A stretch of 64,000 nucleotides of DNA from an uncultured Candidatus Saccharibacteria bacterium. Its GTDB lineage: Bacteria > Patescibacteriota > Minisyncoccia > Minisyncoccales > Staskawiczbacteraceae. The notes beneath the pieces are model-generated. The model searched no databases. It saw only the letters and a list, made by a program, of their open reading frames with translations, and was not told the DNA's origin. Each line of letters starts with the position of its first letter. Positions within the stretch are counted from its first letter, which is position 1. Location of the stretch: positions 71,489-135,488 of the forward strand of contig CAYZNK010000002.1 of the NCBI GenBank assembly GCA_964479955.1, written 5' to 3'. The position numbers and the translations under genes are program-made. Shown here piece after piece: positions 27,413-36,094 of this stretch.

Positions 27413-28072
27413 ATGATTTCGTTATCAGCAAAAATTAGAAAAGAAACAGGCAGAAAAACAAGCATACTGAGAAATGCGGGAAGAATTCCGGCTGTTGTTT
27501 ATGGTCACAAAAAAGACAATGTTCTTTTGGATTTAGACTCAAGGGAATTTGAAGAAGTTTACAAGAAAACAGGAGAAAGCTCTTTGATTGAATTAAGCGT
27601 AGAGGGGGAAAAGCAAAAAAAACTTGTTTTGATTCATGATATGCAAAAAGACCCTGTTTCAGATAAGATAGCTCACATTGATTTTTTCCAGGCGGCTTTG
27701 GATGAGGAAACAGAGGTAAGCGTTCCCTTGGTTTTTGAAGGAGAATCTTCGGCCGTCAAAGATTTGGGGGGAACCTTAGTTAAAAACATATCTGAAGTTC
27801 AAGCAAAAGCACTGCCACAAAACTTGCCGCATGAAATTAAGGTTTCAATTGAATCACTGAAAACTTTTGAAGACCATATTTTGATAAAAGATTTAGTTTT
27901 GCCAAAAGATGTAAAAATTATAGCTAGGCCCGAAGAGATTGTTGCTTCTGTTTTGGAACCGTCTAATGTTGAAGAAGAACTAGCAGAAGAAATAAAAGAA
28001 AACGTTGAAGACGTACAAAAAGTTGAAAAAGAAAAGAAAGAAGAAGAGCCAGTAGAGCAAGAAGAGAAATAA
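27413..28072 (+). CDS. rplY: 50S ribosomal protein L25/Ctc
   Basis: RKETGRKTSILRNAGRIPAVVYG start and an acidic C-terminal tail. A terminator follows at 28080-28105. Confidence 0.85.
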   Translation: MISLSAKIRKETGRKTSILRNAGRIPAVVYGHKKDNVLLDLDSREFEEVYKKTGESSLIELSVEGEKQKKLVLIHDMQKDPVSDKIAHIDFFQAALDEETEVSVPLVFEGESSAVKDLGGTLVKNISEVQAKALPQNLPHEIKVSIESLKTFEDHILIKDLVLPKDVKIIARPEEIVASVLEPSNVEEELAEEIKENVEDVQKVEKEKKEEEPVEQEEK

Positions 28073-28122
28073 TTCACAGCCCCGCCTTGGCGGGGTTTTT
28101 TTTATATGATATAAAAAAATAA

Positions 28123-29541
28123 ATGGCATTCTATAAACAAATTTTAACAACATTAGCGCTGGTCGGAATTTTTATTCCATTTTTTGCTTTGGCTGAAGAT
28201 TTGGAAACTACATGCCTTTCAATATCTGAATCAGAAAATGGATGCTCTGGGATGTCAGATCCTGCATGCAGAGAGCTTCTGCAAAAGTGCGCTGACTACT
28301 ATGACCAACAATCAGCCAAAATTACAGAAGATATTTCAAAAACTTCAGAACAAAAAACAACCCTGCAAACCCAAATATCTTCCTTAAAAAAGAAAATAAA
28401 AAATTTAAGCTACGAAATTAATCAGAGTAGCGTGATGGCAAAAAGCCTTAATATACAGATAGCGGATACAAAAGAATCAATAGAAAAAACATCGGAGGAT
28501 ATTAATGACGCCCAATATCAGATTAAGAGTGTTTTAAGGTCTATTTATGAAGAGGACCAGAAATCTTCTTTGGTTGTTTTATTGGAAGGAAGTTTATCCG
28601 ATTTTTTTAGTAATATTATTTATTTGGAGGGATTAAATTCAAAAATTGGCGACTTAATGGAAAGCACCCAAAATCTGCAGAATTACCTTGAAAATCAGAA
28701 AACTCAGATGGACAATGAAGTAGACCAACTGCAGAAAACAATTGCCTTGCAGTCTGCCCAAAAAGCAGAAAACGAGGCTAATAAAAAAACACAGGAAACA
28801 TATTTACAACTTACGGAAGCCCAGTATCAGGAACAGCTTGCAAGTAAAACAGAAATAGAAAAAAACAAAGCCAAGATTCAAGCTTTAATGTTTTCTTTGG
28901 CAGGCACTGATGATACAGAGGCGCCAAGTTTTGGCGAAGCAATAGAAATTGCAAAGAATGTCGGGAGCCTGGTTGGGATAAGGCCGGCATTCCTGCTGGC
29001 AATTATCAGTCAGGAATCCGCAATTGGGCGAAATGTAGGGCAATGCTATTTGTCAGACCCCGCAACCGGATCTGGAAAAAAAATATCAACAGGGGCAACA
29101 GTAATAAGAGTTATGAAACCGACAAGGGATGTACAGCCGTTCCTTTCTATTACAAATTCTCTTGGCAAGGACTCGTATAAAACTCCGGTTTCTTGTTGGA
29201 TACCTGCTTATGTTTCGGGAGTTCCGTACGGCTGGGGAGGGGCAATGGGGCCTGCTCAGTTTATTGCTTCTACATGGAATTTGTATGCTGATAAATTAAA
29301 AGCATTGCTGGGGCATACAGCAGACCCATGGTCAATCAGAGATTCTTTTACGGCTTCGGCTGTATATTTGTATGAATTGGGCGCTGGCGCTAAAACAACG
29401 GCAACAGAAAACAAGGCCGCTGCAAGATATTATGGTGCAGCAGGTTCTTATAATGCCAGCGTCATGAACCGGGCAAACTGTATTCAAACATTTATTGATG
29501 CGGGCACAATGTCAACTTATTGCCAAAATCTTATCTTTTAA
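28123..29541 (+). CDS. secreted coiled-coil protein with a C-terminal lytic-transglycosylase-like domain
   Basis: Signal peptide and a ~230-aa coiled coil. Contains ISQESAIG and GWGGAMGPAQFIASTW (SLT_2-like). Confidence 0.6.
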   Translation: MAFYKQILTTLALVGIFIPFFALAEDLETTCLSISESENGCSGMSDPACRELLQKCADYYDQQSAKITEDISKTSEQKTTLQTQISSLKKKIKNLSYEINQSSVMAKSLNIQIADTKESIEKTSEDINDAQYQIKSVLRSIYEEDQKSSLVVLLEGSLSDFFSNIIYLEGLNSKIGDLMESTQNLQNYLENQKTQMDNEVDQLQKTIALQSAQKAENEANKKTQETYLQLTEAQYQEQLASKTEIEKNKAKIQALMFSLAGTDDTEAPSFGEAIEIAKNVGSLVGIRPAFLLAIISQESAIGRNVGQCYLSDPATGSGKKISTGATVIRVMKPTRDVQPFLSITNSLGKDSYKTPVSCWIPAYVSGVPYGWGGAMGPAQFIASTWNLYADKLKALLGHTADPWSIRDSFTASAVYLYELGAGAKTTATENKAAARYYGAAGSYNASVMNRANCIQTFIDAGTMSTYCQNLIF

Positions 29542-29592
29542 AATCTATAAATTAAAAACCGCCTGATATAAAATACAAAAGGCGGTTTTTAA

Positions 29593-30459
29593 TTATTTCG
29601 GCTTTTCTTCTTTTGATATCTGGAAAGCTTTTATAACCGGTTCTAAATCTCCGTCAACTATTTTTTCCAAATTATGCCAGCTTTTGTTTATTCTGTGGTC
29701 TGTAATTCTGTTTTGAGGATAGTTATATGTTCTTATTTTTTCTGACCGTTTCGCCCAGCCAATTTGTTCTCTTCTTTCTATGGTTAATTTTGATAAATCA
29801 GCTTCTTCTTGTTTCCTTAATAGCCTGGCAGAGAGTAAAGACAAAGCCGTTTCTTTATTCTGCATTTGGTTCCTTTCTGATTGACAGGTAACAACAAGGC
29901 CTGTTGGCTTATGGACAATTCTTACAGCTGACTCTGTTTTGTTTACATATTGTCCGCCGGGACCTGAAGCTTTGTAAGTTGAAATTTCCAGATCAGAAGG
30001 GGAGATATTCACTTCGGTTTTTTGGGGTTTTAACAAAACCGCAACAGTTGCGGTTGAGGTGTGAACCCTGCCTTGCTTTTCTGTTCTGGGGATTCTCTGA
30101 ACCCTATGGACACCGCCTTCATTTTGCAATTCATCATAAGTTCCATTACCTGATAATTCAAAAATAATTTCTTTATATCCGCCTATCGTTGACTGATTGG
30201 AATCCAAAATTCTTTCTTTCCACCCTTTTTTTTGTCCGTATTTAGAGTACATTCTATATAAGTCAGCTGCAAAAAGACCGGCTTCATCTCCTCCTGTGCC
30301 TGCACGTATTTCAATAATCGCTGACTGCTTTTCTCCGGATTCAAAATTAGCGGACATCAAGTCTCCGTTGTTTTTCATTTGTTCTCCGTAGTTTTTCCAA
30401 TCTTCTGCTGTAAACTTTGAAAAATCTGGTTGTTCCATTTTATTCATAAATATTATCAC
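29593..30459 (-). CDS. prfA: peptide chain release factor 1, N-terminally short
   Basis: GGQ motif and RIPRTEKQGRVHTS (PxT position). Only 288 aa, and the AGTGGDEAGLF motif sits at about residue 55. Confidence 0.8.
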   Translation of the reverse strand: MIIFMNKMEQPDFSKFTAEDWKNYGEQMKNNGDLMSANFESGEKQSAIIEIRAGTGGDEAGLFAADLYRMYSKYGQKKGWKERILDSNQSTIGGYKEIIFELSGNGTYDELQNEGGVHRVQRIPRTEKQGRVHTSTATVAVLLKPQKTEVNISPSDLEISTYKASGPGGQYVNKTESAVRIVHKPTGLVVTCQSERNQMQNKETALSLLSARLLRKQEEADLSKLTIERREQIGWAKRSEKIRTYNYPQNRITDHRINKSWHNLEKIVDGDLEPVIKAFQISKEEKPK

Positions 30460-30622
30460 AAAGAGTATATATTGGCAAACTCGTCAGGCAGTAGAATTTT
30501 GGCTTGCTTCGCAAATGGCCGGAGGTCAGCTAAAATTTTACTGCCCGGCTTGATTTTAGAAAGATTTTCTGTTATAAAAATATTGGTTTTGTTATTTAAA
30601 ATAACAAGAGAGGAGGGTATCA

Positions 30623-30835
30623 ATGCCATACTGCAATACCTGTAAAAAAGAAAATAATGACGCTTTGCTTTCAGACGGAAGAAGGTGCTTAAAGTGCCAA
30701 AGAGTGATGGATAACTCAACTGACAACTACTGCAGAATTTGTTCGGAAAAAGAATCTGTTTGCCAGCTTTGTGGCGCCTCTATTGACCCTACAAAGAAAG
30801 GATTTTTTAATGGGGCAGGTTTTAAGTTTCCCTAA
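30623..30835 (+). CDS. small zinc-ribbon protein (4 CxxC pairs)
   Basis: 70 aa with a strong gaggaggg motif 5 nt before the ATG. Candidate promoter TTGATT-17-TATAAA. Terminator gggcgg...cgccc. Confidence 0.6.
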   Translation: MPYCNTCKKENNDALLSDGRRCLKCQRVMDNSTDNYCRICSEKESVCQLCGASIDPTKKGFFNGAGFKFP

Positions 30836-30947
30836 CTAAGTATGGGCGGACGACTGTTCGCCCTTTATATTTAATCCCCGTAGGTTGCCTTTTTCAAAAA
30901 AGTTTGCTATTATAAAAACTATTAAATACTAATCTGTACAAATAGCT

Positions 30948-30981
30948 AATACGTATTGTAATACGTATTACAATACGTATT
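30948..30981. promoter_or_regulatory. operator-like array: 3 copies of the palindrome AATACGTATT at 12-nt spacing
   Basis: Copies at 30948-57, 30960-69 and 30972-81. The whole array is a near-perfect ~38-bp palindrome ending 17 nt upstream of the rpmE ATG. Confidence 0.55.
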
Positions 30982-30998
30982 AATTAGGTAGAATAATA

Positions 30999-31226
30999 AT
31001 GAAAAAAGATATTCATCCAAAATATTACCCAAATTCATCGGTCCGTTGCGCATGCGGGAATTCTTTTAGTGTTGGCTCTACCAAGGAATTTATAGAAACT
31101 GAAGTTTGTTCAAACTGCCATCCATTTTATACCAAAAAAGAAAAAATAATGGATACAACTGGAAGAGTTCAAAAATTCAAAGAAAGGCTTGCAAAGAAAA
31201 AAACAACATCAAAAAAGAAGAAATAA
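30999..31226 (+). CDS. rpmE: 50S ribosomal protein L31
   Basis: MKKDIHPKYY start with two Cys pairs (CACGN / CSNCHPFYT). Confidence 0.9.
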   Translation: MKKDIHPKYYPNSSVRCACGNSFSVGSTKEFIETEVCSNCHPFYTKKEKIMDTTGRVQKFKERLAKKKTTSKKKK

Positions 31227-31349
31227 TATTTAATAAAAGAGGTAAAGCCCTGAGCGACAGCAAAGCGACAAGTCGAAGGGTTTGTATAATTCTTGCGTTC
31301 TTATTTTAATAAGCCCGCACGCAATTATATCCAAATCTCTTACAAATAA

Positions 31350-32054
31350 ATGGCAAAAGGAGAAATTAAAATCAATGTTGAAGAAATGGCAGCGGCCGGA
31401 GTTGGCTTTGGTCATAAAGTTTCAAAGCTTCATCCAAAAATGAAGCAGTATGTGTCTGGCATTAAAAACAATGTCCACACTTTTGATTTAAACAAAACAG
31501 CCATTGAGCTTCAGAAAACGCTTAACTTCATTTCAAAGTTTGTTTCTGAAAATAAACAGATAATATTTGTTGGCACAAAAATCCAGGTACGGGAAATGGT
31601 CAAGTCAGCCGCAAAAGAATGCGGAGTTCCTTATGTTACAGAAAGGTGGCTTGGGGGAACTTTCACAAATTTTGAAACAATTTCAAAAAGGGTTGAATAT
31701 TACAAACAGTTGGAAAGAAAAAAATTGACAGGAGAGCTGGAAAAATATACAAAAAAAGAAAGGCTTATGTTTGATAGAGAAATAGAATCCCTAAGGGTCA
31801 AGTTTGAAGGGATAAAAGATATGGCAAAACTTCCTGATGCGGTTTTTATTTTTGATATGATAAAAGATGAAACATGCGTAAGGGAAGCAAAAATCAAAAA
31901 AATAAAAATTATTGGAATAGCGGATACAAATACAAATCCAGATGTTGCGGACTATCCAATACCCGCAAACGATGACTCAATATCTTCTGTTGGATATATA
32001 TTAGAAAAGACAACAGAGGCAATATTAAACGCAAAAGAAACAATAAAAAAATAA
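31350..32054 (+). CDS. rpsB: 30S ribosomal protein S2
   Basis: GVGFGHKVSKLHPKM and RWLGGTFTNF motifs. Confidence 0.9.
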   Translation: MAKGEIKINVEEMAAAGVGFGHKVSKLHPKMKQYVSGIKNNVHTFDLNKTAIELQKTLNFISKFVSENKQIIFVGTKIQVREMVKSAAKECGVPYVTERWLGGTFTNFETISKRVEYYKQLERKKLTGELEKYTKKERLMFDREIESLRVKFEGIKDMAKLPDAVFIFDMIKDETCVREAKIKKIKIIGIADTNTNPDVADYPIPANDDSISSVGYILEKTTEAILNAKETIKK

Positions 32055-32139
32055 TTTAAGCTAAACCAAAACTCAAAAACCAAAACTCAAAAATATAAAC
32101 TAATTTTGGTCTTTGGTATTTGGTCTTTGATCTTTTTCA

Positions 32140-32724
32140 ATGGTTACTATTGAGCAAATCAAAAAACTTCGCGACGAAACAGGAATTTCTTTGGCAGAAA
32201 TCAAAAAGGCCTTGGAAGAATCAGGAGGAGATGTTGACAAAGCTAGGGATATTTTGAGGATAGTGGGGCAGAAAGTTCTTTATAAAAAAACAGACAGGGA
32301 GACAAGGGCAGGGTTAATTGAATCTTATATCCATCCAACTGGAACAACGGGCGTTTTGCTTGATATAAGATGTGAAACTGATTTTGTTGCTAAAAATCCT
32401 GATTTTAAAAATTTGGCCCATGAAATTTGTTTGCAAATAGTTGCAATGAAGCCTTTGTATGTAAAAGAAGGGGAAATTCCGGAAGAAGCTTTGGATGGAG
32501 AAACTAAAATTTATAAAGAACAGTTGAAAGATTCCGGAAAACCGGAAAATATAGTAAACCAAGTTTTAGAAGGCAAACTAAAAAAATACAAACAGGAAAT
32601 TTCTTTGTTGTCTCAGCCGTGGATTAAAGATGACGCAAAAACAATCCAGAATTTAATTGAGGATACTGTTGGGAAAATAGGGGAGAACATAGAGATAAAA
32701 AGATTCAGCCGTTTTGAAATTTAA
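32140..32724 (+). CDS. tsf: elongation factor Ts (short form)
   Basis: IKKLRDETGISLAEIKKALEESGGD UBA-like start. Lies downstream of rpsB. Confidence 0.85.
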   Translation: MVTIEQIKKLRDETGISLAEIKKALEESGGDVDKARDILRIVGQKVLYKKTDRETRAGLIESYIHPTGTTGVLLDIRCETDFVAKNPDFKNLAHEICLQIVAMKPLYVKEGEIPEEALDGETKIYKEQLKDSGKPENIVNQVLEGKLKKYKQEISLLSQPWIKDDAKTIQNLIEDTVGKIGENIEIKRFSRFEI

Positions 32725-32748
32725 TTTCATATTAAAATTTTTTAGCAG

Positions 32749-33066
32749 ATGATAGAATTATTTTTTTTAATAATTTTAATCGTAAGCTTTGGAGGGATAG
32801 TATTTATTGCTCAGCGCCATTTTAGCGATTTGAATTCTTTGCCCAAGAATGCAACTCACGGGATAAAAAAACACCGTATTATCCTGAATATAGAAGATAA
32901 GCTAAAAGATATTTTTCTTATCATTGAAAAACAGGTGTACTTGCATAAATTTCTTTCCTGGTTAAGGTCAATTATATTGAAGCTTGAGGTTAAGATTGAT
33001 TATTTTTTGCATAATATACGCAAAAAAGCCCAGCAAATTGATAAGATAAGAAAAGAAAAGAAATAG
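32749..33066 (+). CDS. small membrane-anchored hypothetical protein
   Basis: 105 aa with one N-terminal TM. Confidence 0.5.
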   Translation: MIELFFLIILIVSFGGIVFIAQRHFSDLNSLPKNATHGIKKHRIILNIEDKLKDIFLIIEKQVYLHKFLSWLRSIILKLEVKIDYFLHNIRKKAQQIDKIRKEKK

Positions 33067-33077
33067 AAAAATTTGGC

Positions 33078-33149
33078 GCCATTCTAGCTCAACAGCAGAG
33101 CAATGCTTTTGTAAAGCATAGGTTCCGAGTGCAAATCTCGGGAATGGCT
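33078..33149 (+). tRNA. tRNA-Thr(UGU)
   Basis: Acceptor gccattc/gaatggc, D arm gctc-aacagca-gagc, anticodon arm atgct-ttTGTaa-agcat, T arm ccgag-tgcaaat-ctcgg. 72 nt. Confidence 0.8.
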
Positions 33150-33208
33150 CATTGTGCGACAAGAGCCTCTTACGAGGCTTTTGTTTTAATTTATGGTATA
33201 ATATATTA

Positions 33209-34024
33209 ATGCCACGAGATTTTTATAACAACATAGAATATAAAGAAAGGCAGAGTGCGATAATGAAAGATAATTGGAAAAAGGGGGTTTTTGATTCTTT
33301 GCGAAAGAGTTTAAAAAGAAAATGTAAAATTTGTAATAAAATTTTTGAAGTTAAGCCAAGCAATCCAAAAATTTATTGCTCTCATAAATGTTCTGCCGTA
33401 GCAAGTAATACTGGTAGAATTCAATCAGAAGAGACAAAATTAAAAATTAGAAAAGCTTCGTTGGGCCGAAAAAGTCCTTATAAGGGAATAACAAAAACAC
33501 CAAGAGTTAATATTGTTTGTGAAAATCCCAAATGCAAAAAAGAATTTTTAGCAGAAAAATTTAGAAATAGAAAATATTGTAGCAACAAATGCCACATGGC
33601 AGTAACTGGTGGAAAGCCGACCTCGCCAAGAGCTTCAAGGGGCATGGCAGGAATCAGAAAAGATATAAACGATAAAATTTATTTTTATTCGCGCTGGGAA
33701 GCAAATTATGCGCGCCTGCTGAATTATATTGGAATTGAATGGGAATACCAGCCAAAAACTTTTGATTTAAAAACTCAGCACTACACGCCGGATTTTTATT
33801 TGCCCAAAGCCGACACTTATATTGAAATTAAAAATTTTTTGTGGAAATATTCTAAAATTCGCGACGAAAAATTTAGAAAATTATATCCCGCCATAAAACT
33901 AACTTTACTTTTGAAAGACGATTATTTAAAATTAGAAAATAAATATTCACATTTAATCAAAAACTGGGAATACAGAAATAGTCCATTTGAAGGTGGGTGT
34001 AAAATTCAAAAATTAATTGTTTAA
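33209..34024 (+). CDS. free-standing nuclease-like protein: Zn-ribbon repeats, NUMOD3-like motif and a C-terminal PD-(D/E)xK motif
   Basis: Contains CKICNK...YCSHKC, CENPKCKK...YCSNKC, SEETKLKIRKASLGRKSPYKG and YTPDFYLPKADTYIEIK. The ATG at 33209 lies 7 nt after TATAAT (33197-33202), so it may be leaderless. Confidence 0.55.
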   Translation: MPRDFYNNIEYKERQSAIMKDNWKKGVFDSLRKSLKRKCKICNKIFEVKPSNPKIYCSHKCSAVASNTGRIQSEETKLKIRKASLGRKSPYKGITKTPRVNIVCENPKCKKEFLAEKFRNRKYCSNKCHMAVTGGKPTSPRASRGMAGIRKDINDKIYFYSRWEANYARLLNYIGIEWEYQPKTFDLKTQHYTPDFYLPKADTYIEIKNFLWKYSKIRDEKFRKLYPAIKLTLLLKDDYLKLENKYSHLIKNWEYRNSPFEGGCKIQKLIV

Positions 34025-34034
34025 AATTGCATTT

Positions 34035-34325
34035 ATGAAGCAATTAATCATAGGCATAATAGTAAATACCCTGTTTTTTGGCTATATGGCTATTTTAAAT
34101 GAAAAAACAGGCATTATTTTATCGAGAACAAAATTTTATAAAATATTAGACATAATTGCAACAACTGGCTATTCGTTTAGTTTTTTTATTATTATATTAT
34201 CGCCTGGGAATTTAATTGTAAATATCATAATTTGTCTCTTCCTACAATTCTTCATGAATCATGTTATTTGGGGTAGTCTATCGGGAATCATTATTGGAAA
34301 TGCTATAAAAAATAAATTAAAATAA
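34035..34325 (+). CDS. small membrane protein
   Basis: 3 hydrophobic helices. The start is ambiguous (34017 or 34035). Confidence 0.5.
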   Translation: MKQLIIGIIVNTLFFGYMAILNEKTGIILSRTKFYKILDIIATTGYSFSFFIIILSPGNLIVNIIICLFLQFFMNHVIWGSLSGIIIGNAIKNKLK

Positions 34326-34329
34326 ATTT

Positions 34330-34887
34330 ATGGAGCAAGAAAAAATTTTATCACTGCCGATTGAATTAAAGTTTTTTAATCAGGCAGTTACTTTTACAAT
34401 AATTTCAGTTGTTTCTTTTTTTGTTCCCTTTTTTATGGGGCATCCGCAATGGCTGGTTGGCATAATTGTAAATGCCGGATTGTTTTTATCCGCGTTATAT
34501 CTGCCAAAAAAATATTTTTTGCCAATTGCAATTTTTCCAAGCTTAGGAGTCTTGGCAAGAGGATTGGTTTTCGGCCCGCTTACAGCTTTTCTAATTTATT
34601 TTTTGCCGTTTATTTGGTTGGGAAACTTAGTTTTAATTTTAGTATTCAGATTTATTTATTCTAATTTTTTTCAAAATTTTGGGATTGCCGCAATTGTTTC
34701 AGCAATAGTGAAGTTTGCTATGTTGTTTCTGATAGCCAATATTTATTTTAAATTTAATTTTGCGCCGGCAGTTTTTTTGCAGTTAATGGGATTAAACCAG
34801 CTTGCCACAGCCTTAGCTGGCGGAGCAATTGCTTTTATATTTTTAAAATTTAACTTATCTGCCGATAAGGTAGAAACTAAAAATTAA
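34330..34887 (+). CDS. polytopic membrane protein
   Basis: 185 aa with 5-6 TMs. Family not assigned. Confidence 0.55.
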   Translation: MEQEKILSLPIELKFFNQAVTFTIISVVSFFVPFFMGHPQWLVGIIVNAGLFLSALYLPKKYFLPIAIFPSLGVLARGLVFGPLTAFLIYFLPFIWLGNLVLILVFRFIYSNFFQNFGIAAIVSAIVKFAMLFLIANIYFKFNFAPAVFLQLMGLNQLATALAGGAIAFIFLKFNLSADKVETKN

Positions 34888-35682
34888 ATGCCAGAAGAAT
34901 TATCGCCAGAAGCAAGTGAATTAATGGGTTTGATTGATCGTCGGGAAAAAATAGTTGCCATGTTGGCCCCCTCTTTTCCTGTTGTTTTTAATTATCCTGA
35001 AATTGTGGGAATGTTAAAAAGGCTTGGCTTTAAATATGTAGTTGAAGTGGCAAGGGGGGCCGAAGAAACAAATAAACAGCTTTTGGCCCTGATGAAACTG
35101 CACCCTGACAGAAAATATATAACAAATCCCTGTCCAACTATTGTACGGTTGATAAGGAATAAGTATCATTATCTTGTAAGATATTTATCTCCCATTGATT
35201 CTCCTATGATAGCTACAGCCAAAATTGTTGCAAAAGATTATCCAAAATACAAAAAAGTTTTTATAGGACCCTGCCTAGCAAAAAAACTTGAGGCAAAAGA
35301 AGATTATCCGGAGCTTGATATTTTAGTGTTAACATACAAAGAATTACAGGATATCTTTAAATATAAAAATATATCTCCTGAAAAAAAGGACGTATCTGCG
35401 CATTTTGATTTAATAGGGCAGGAAACAAGGCTGTATCCTGTTTCAGGGGGATTGTCCCAGTCTTCTGCAATAATTAAAAAATTTACAGATCCTGAATACG
35501 ATGTAATTTCCGGGCCAGAGCTTTCAAAAAAAGCTTTGGATGAGTTTATTGCCAATTATGACTTGAAAATTTTGGATATTTTAAATTGCGACGGGGGATG
35601 CATAAATGGGCCTGGAATTGTTTCATCGGATTCCCTTGACAGGAGAAGGCAAAAGGTTATAAATTATTGGAATAAGCGTTAG
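34888..35682 (+). CDS. [FeFe]-hydrogenase large-subunit C-terminal-domain-like protein
   Basis: MLAPSFP, NPCPT, FIGPCLAKK and CDGGCINGPG motifs. Confidence 0.6.
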   Translation: MPEELSPEASELMGLIDRREKIVAMLAPSFPVVFNYPEIVGMLKRLGFKYVVEVARGAEETNKQLLALMKLHPDRKYITNPCPTIVRLIRNKYHYLVRYLSPIDSPMIATAKIVAKDYPKYKKVFIGPCLAKKLEAKEDYPELDILVLTYKELQDIFKYKNISPEKKDVSAHFDLIGQETRLYPVSGGLSQSSAIIKKFTDPEYDVISGPELSKKALDEFIANYDLKILDILNCDGGCINGPGIVSSDSLDRRRQKVINYWNKR

Positions 35683-35685
35683 CTA

Positions 35686-35713
35686 TTGACAAGAATTTAT
35701 TTTGGATTAAGAT
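35686..35713 (+). promoter_or_regulatory. 16S rRNA promoter
   Basis: TTGACA, 16-nt spacer, TAAGAT. The same -10 hexamer occurs at the 23S promoter. Confidence 0.6.
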
Positions 35714-36094
35714 ACATATATAACAATTAAAAACATAAAGACAAAATCACTATATATTCTTCCCGTCATTGCGGGATCCCCCGCTAAGCGGGGGAAAAAC
35801 TAAACAGCGTTTTAAGAATATCCGTGAAGGCAGGTTTTAAAGGTCTGTCTTCACGGGTATTTTTTCTTCTTGGCTGAACGGAAAGCCTTTTGATAATTGA
35901 ATAATGGAAACCAGTTTTAAAAACTGGGAAAAAATTGAATTAGCGGAGTGTCCACAGTACTGAAAATTTCTACGAAAATTTTAGCGCTGAGAGAATTCAC
36001 TTCGTGTAATTCGTTTCTTAAAGTTGTTTCGAATCAAAGCTTGTCGAGTGCTTAACTCGACAGTAGTTTATTCTAACTAGAGTAATCAACTTTT

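Noticed and set aside
30456-30719. 87-aa minus ORF abutting the prfA start, considered as the missing RF1 N-terminal domain in another frame.
   Set aside because: Its sequence has no resemblance to RF1 domain 1. It overlaps the promoter and start of the opposite-strand zinc-ribbon gene.
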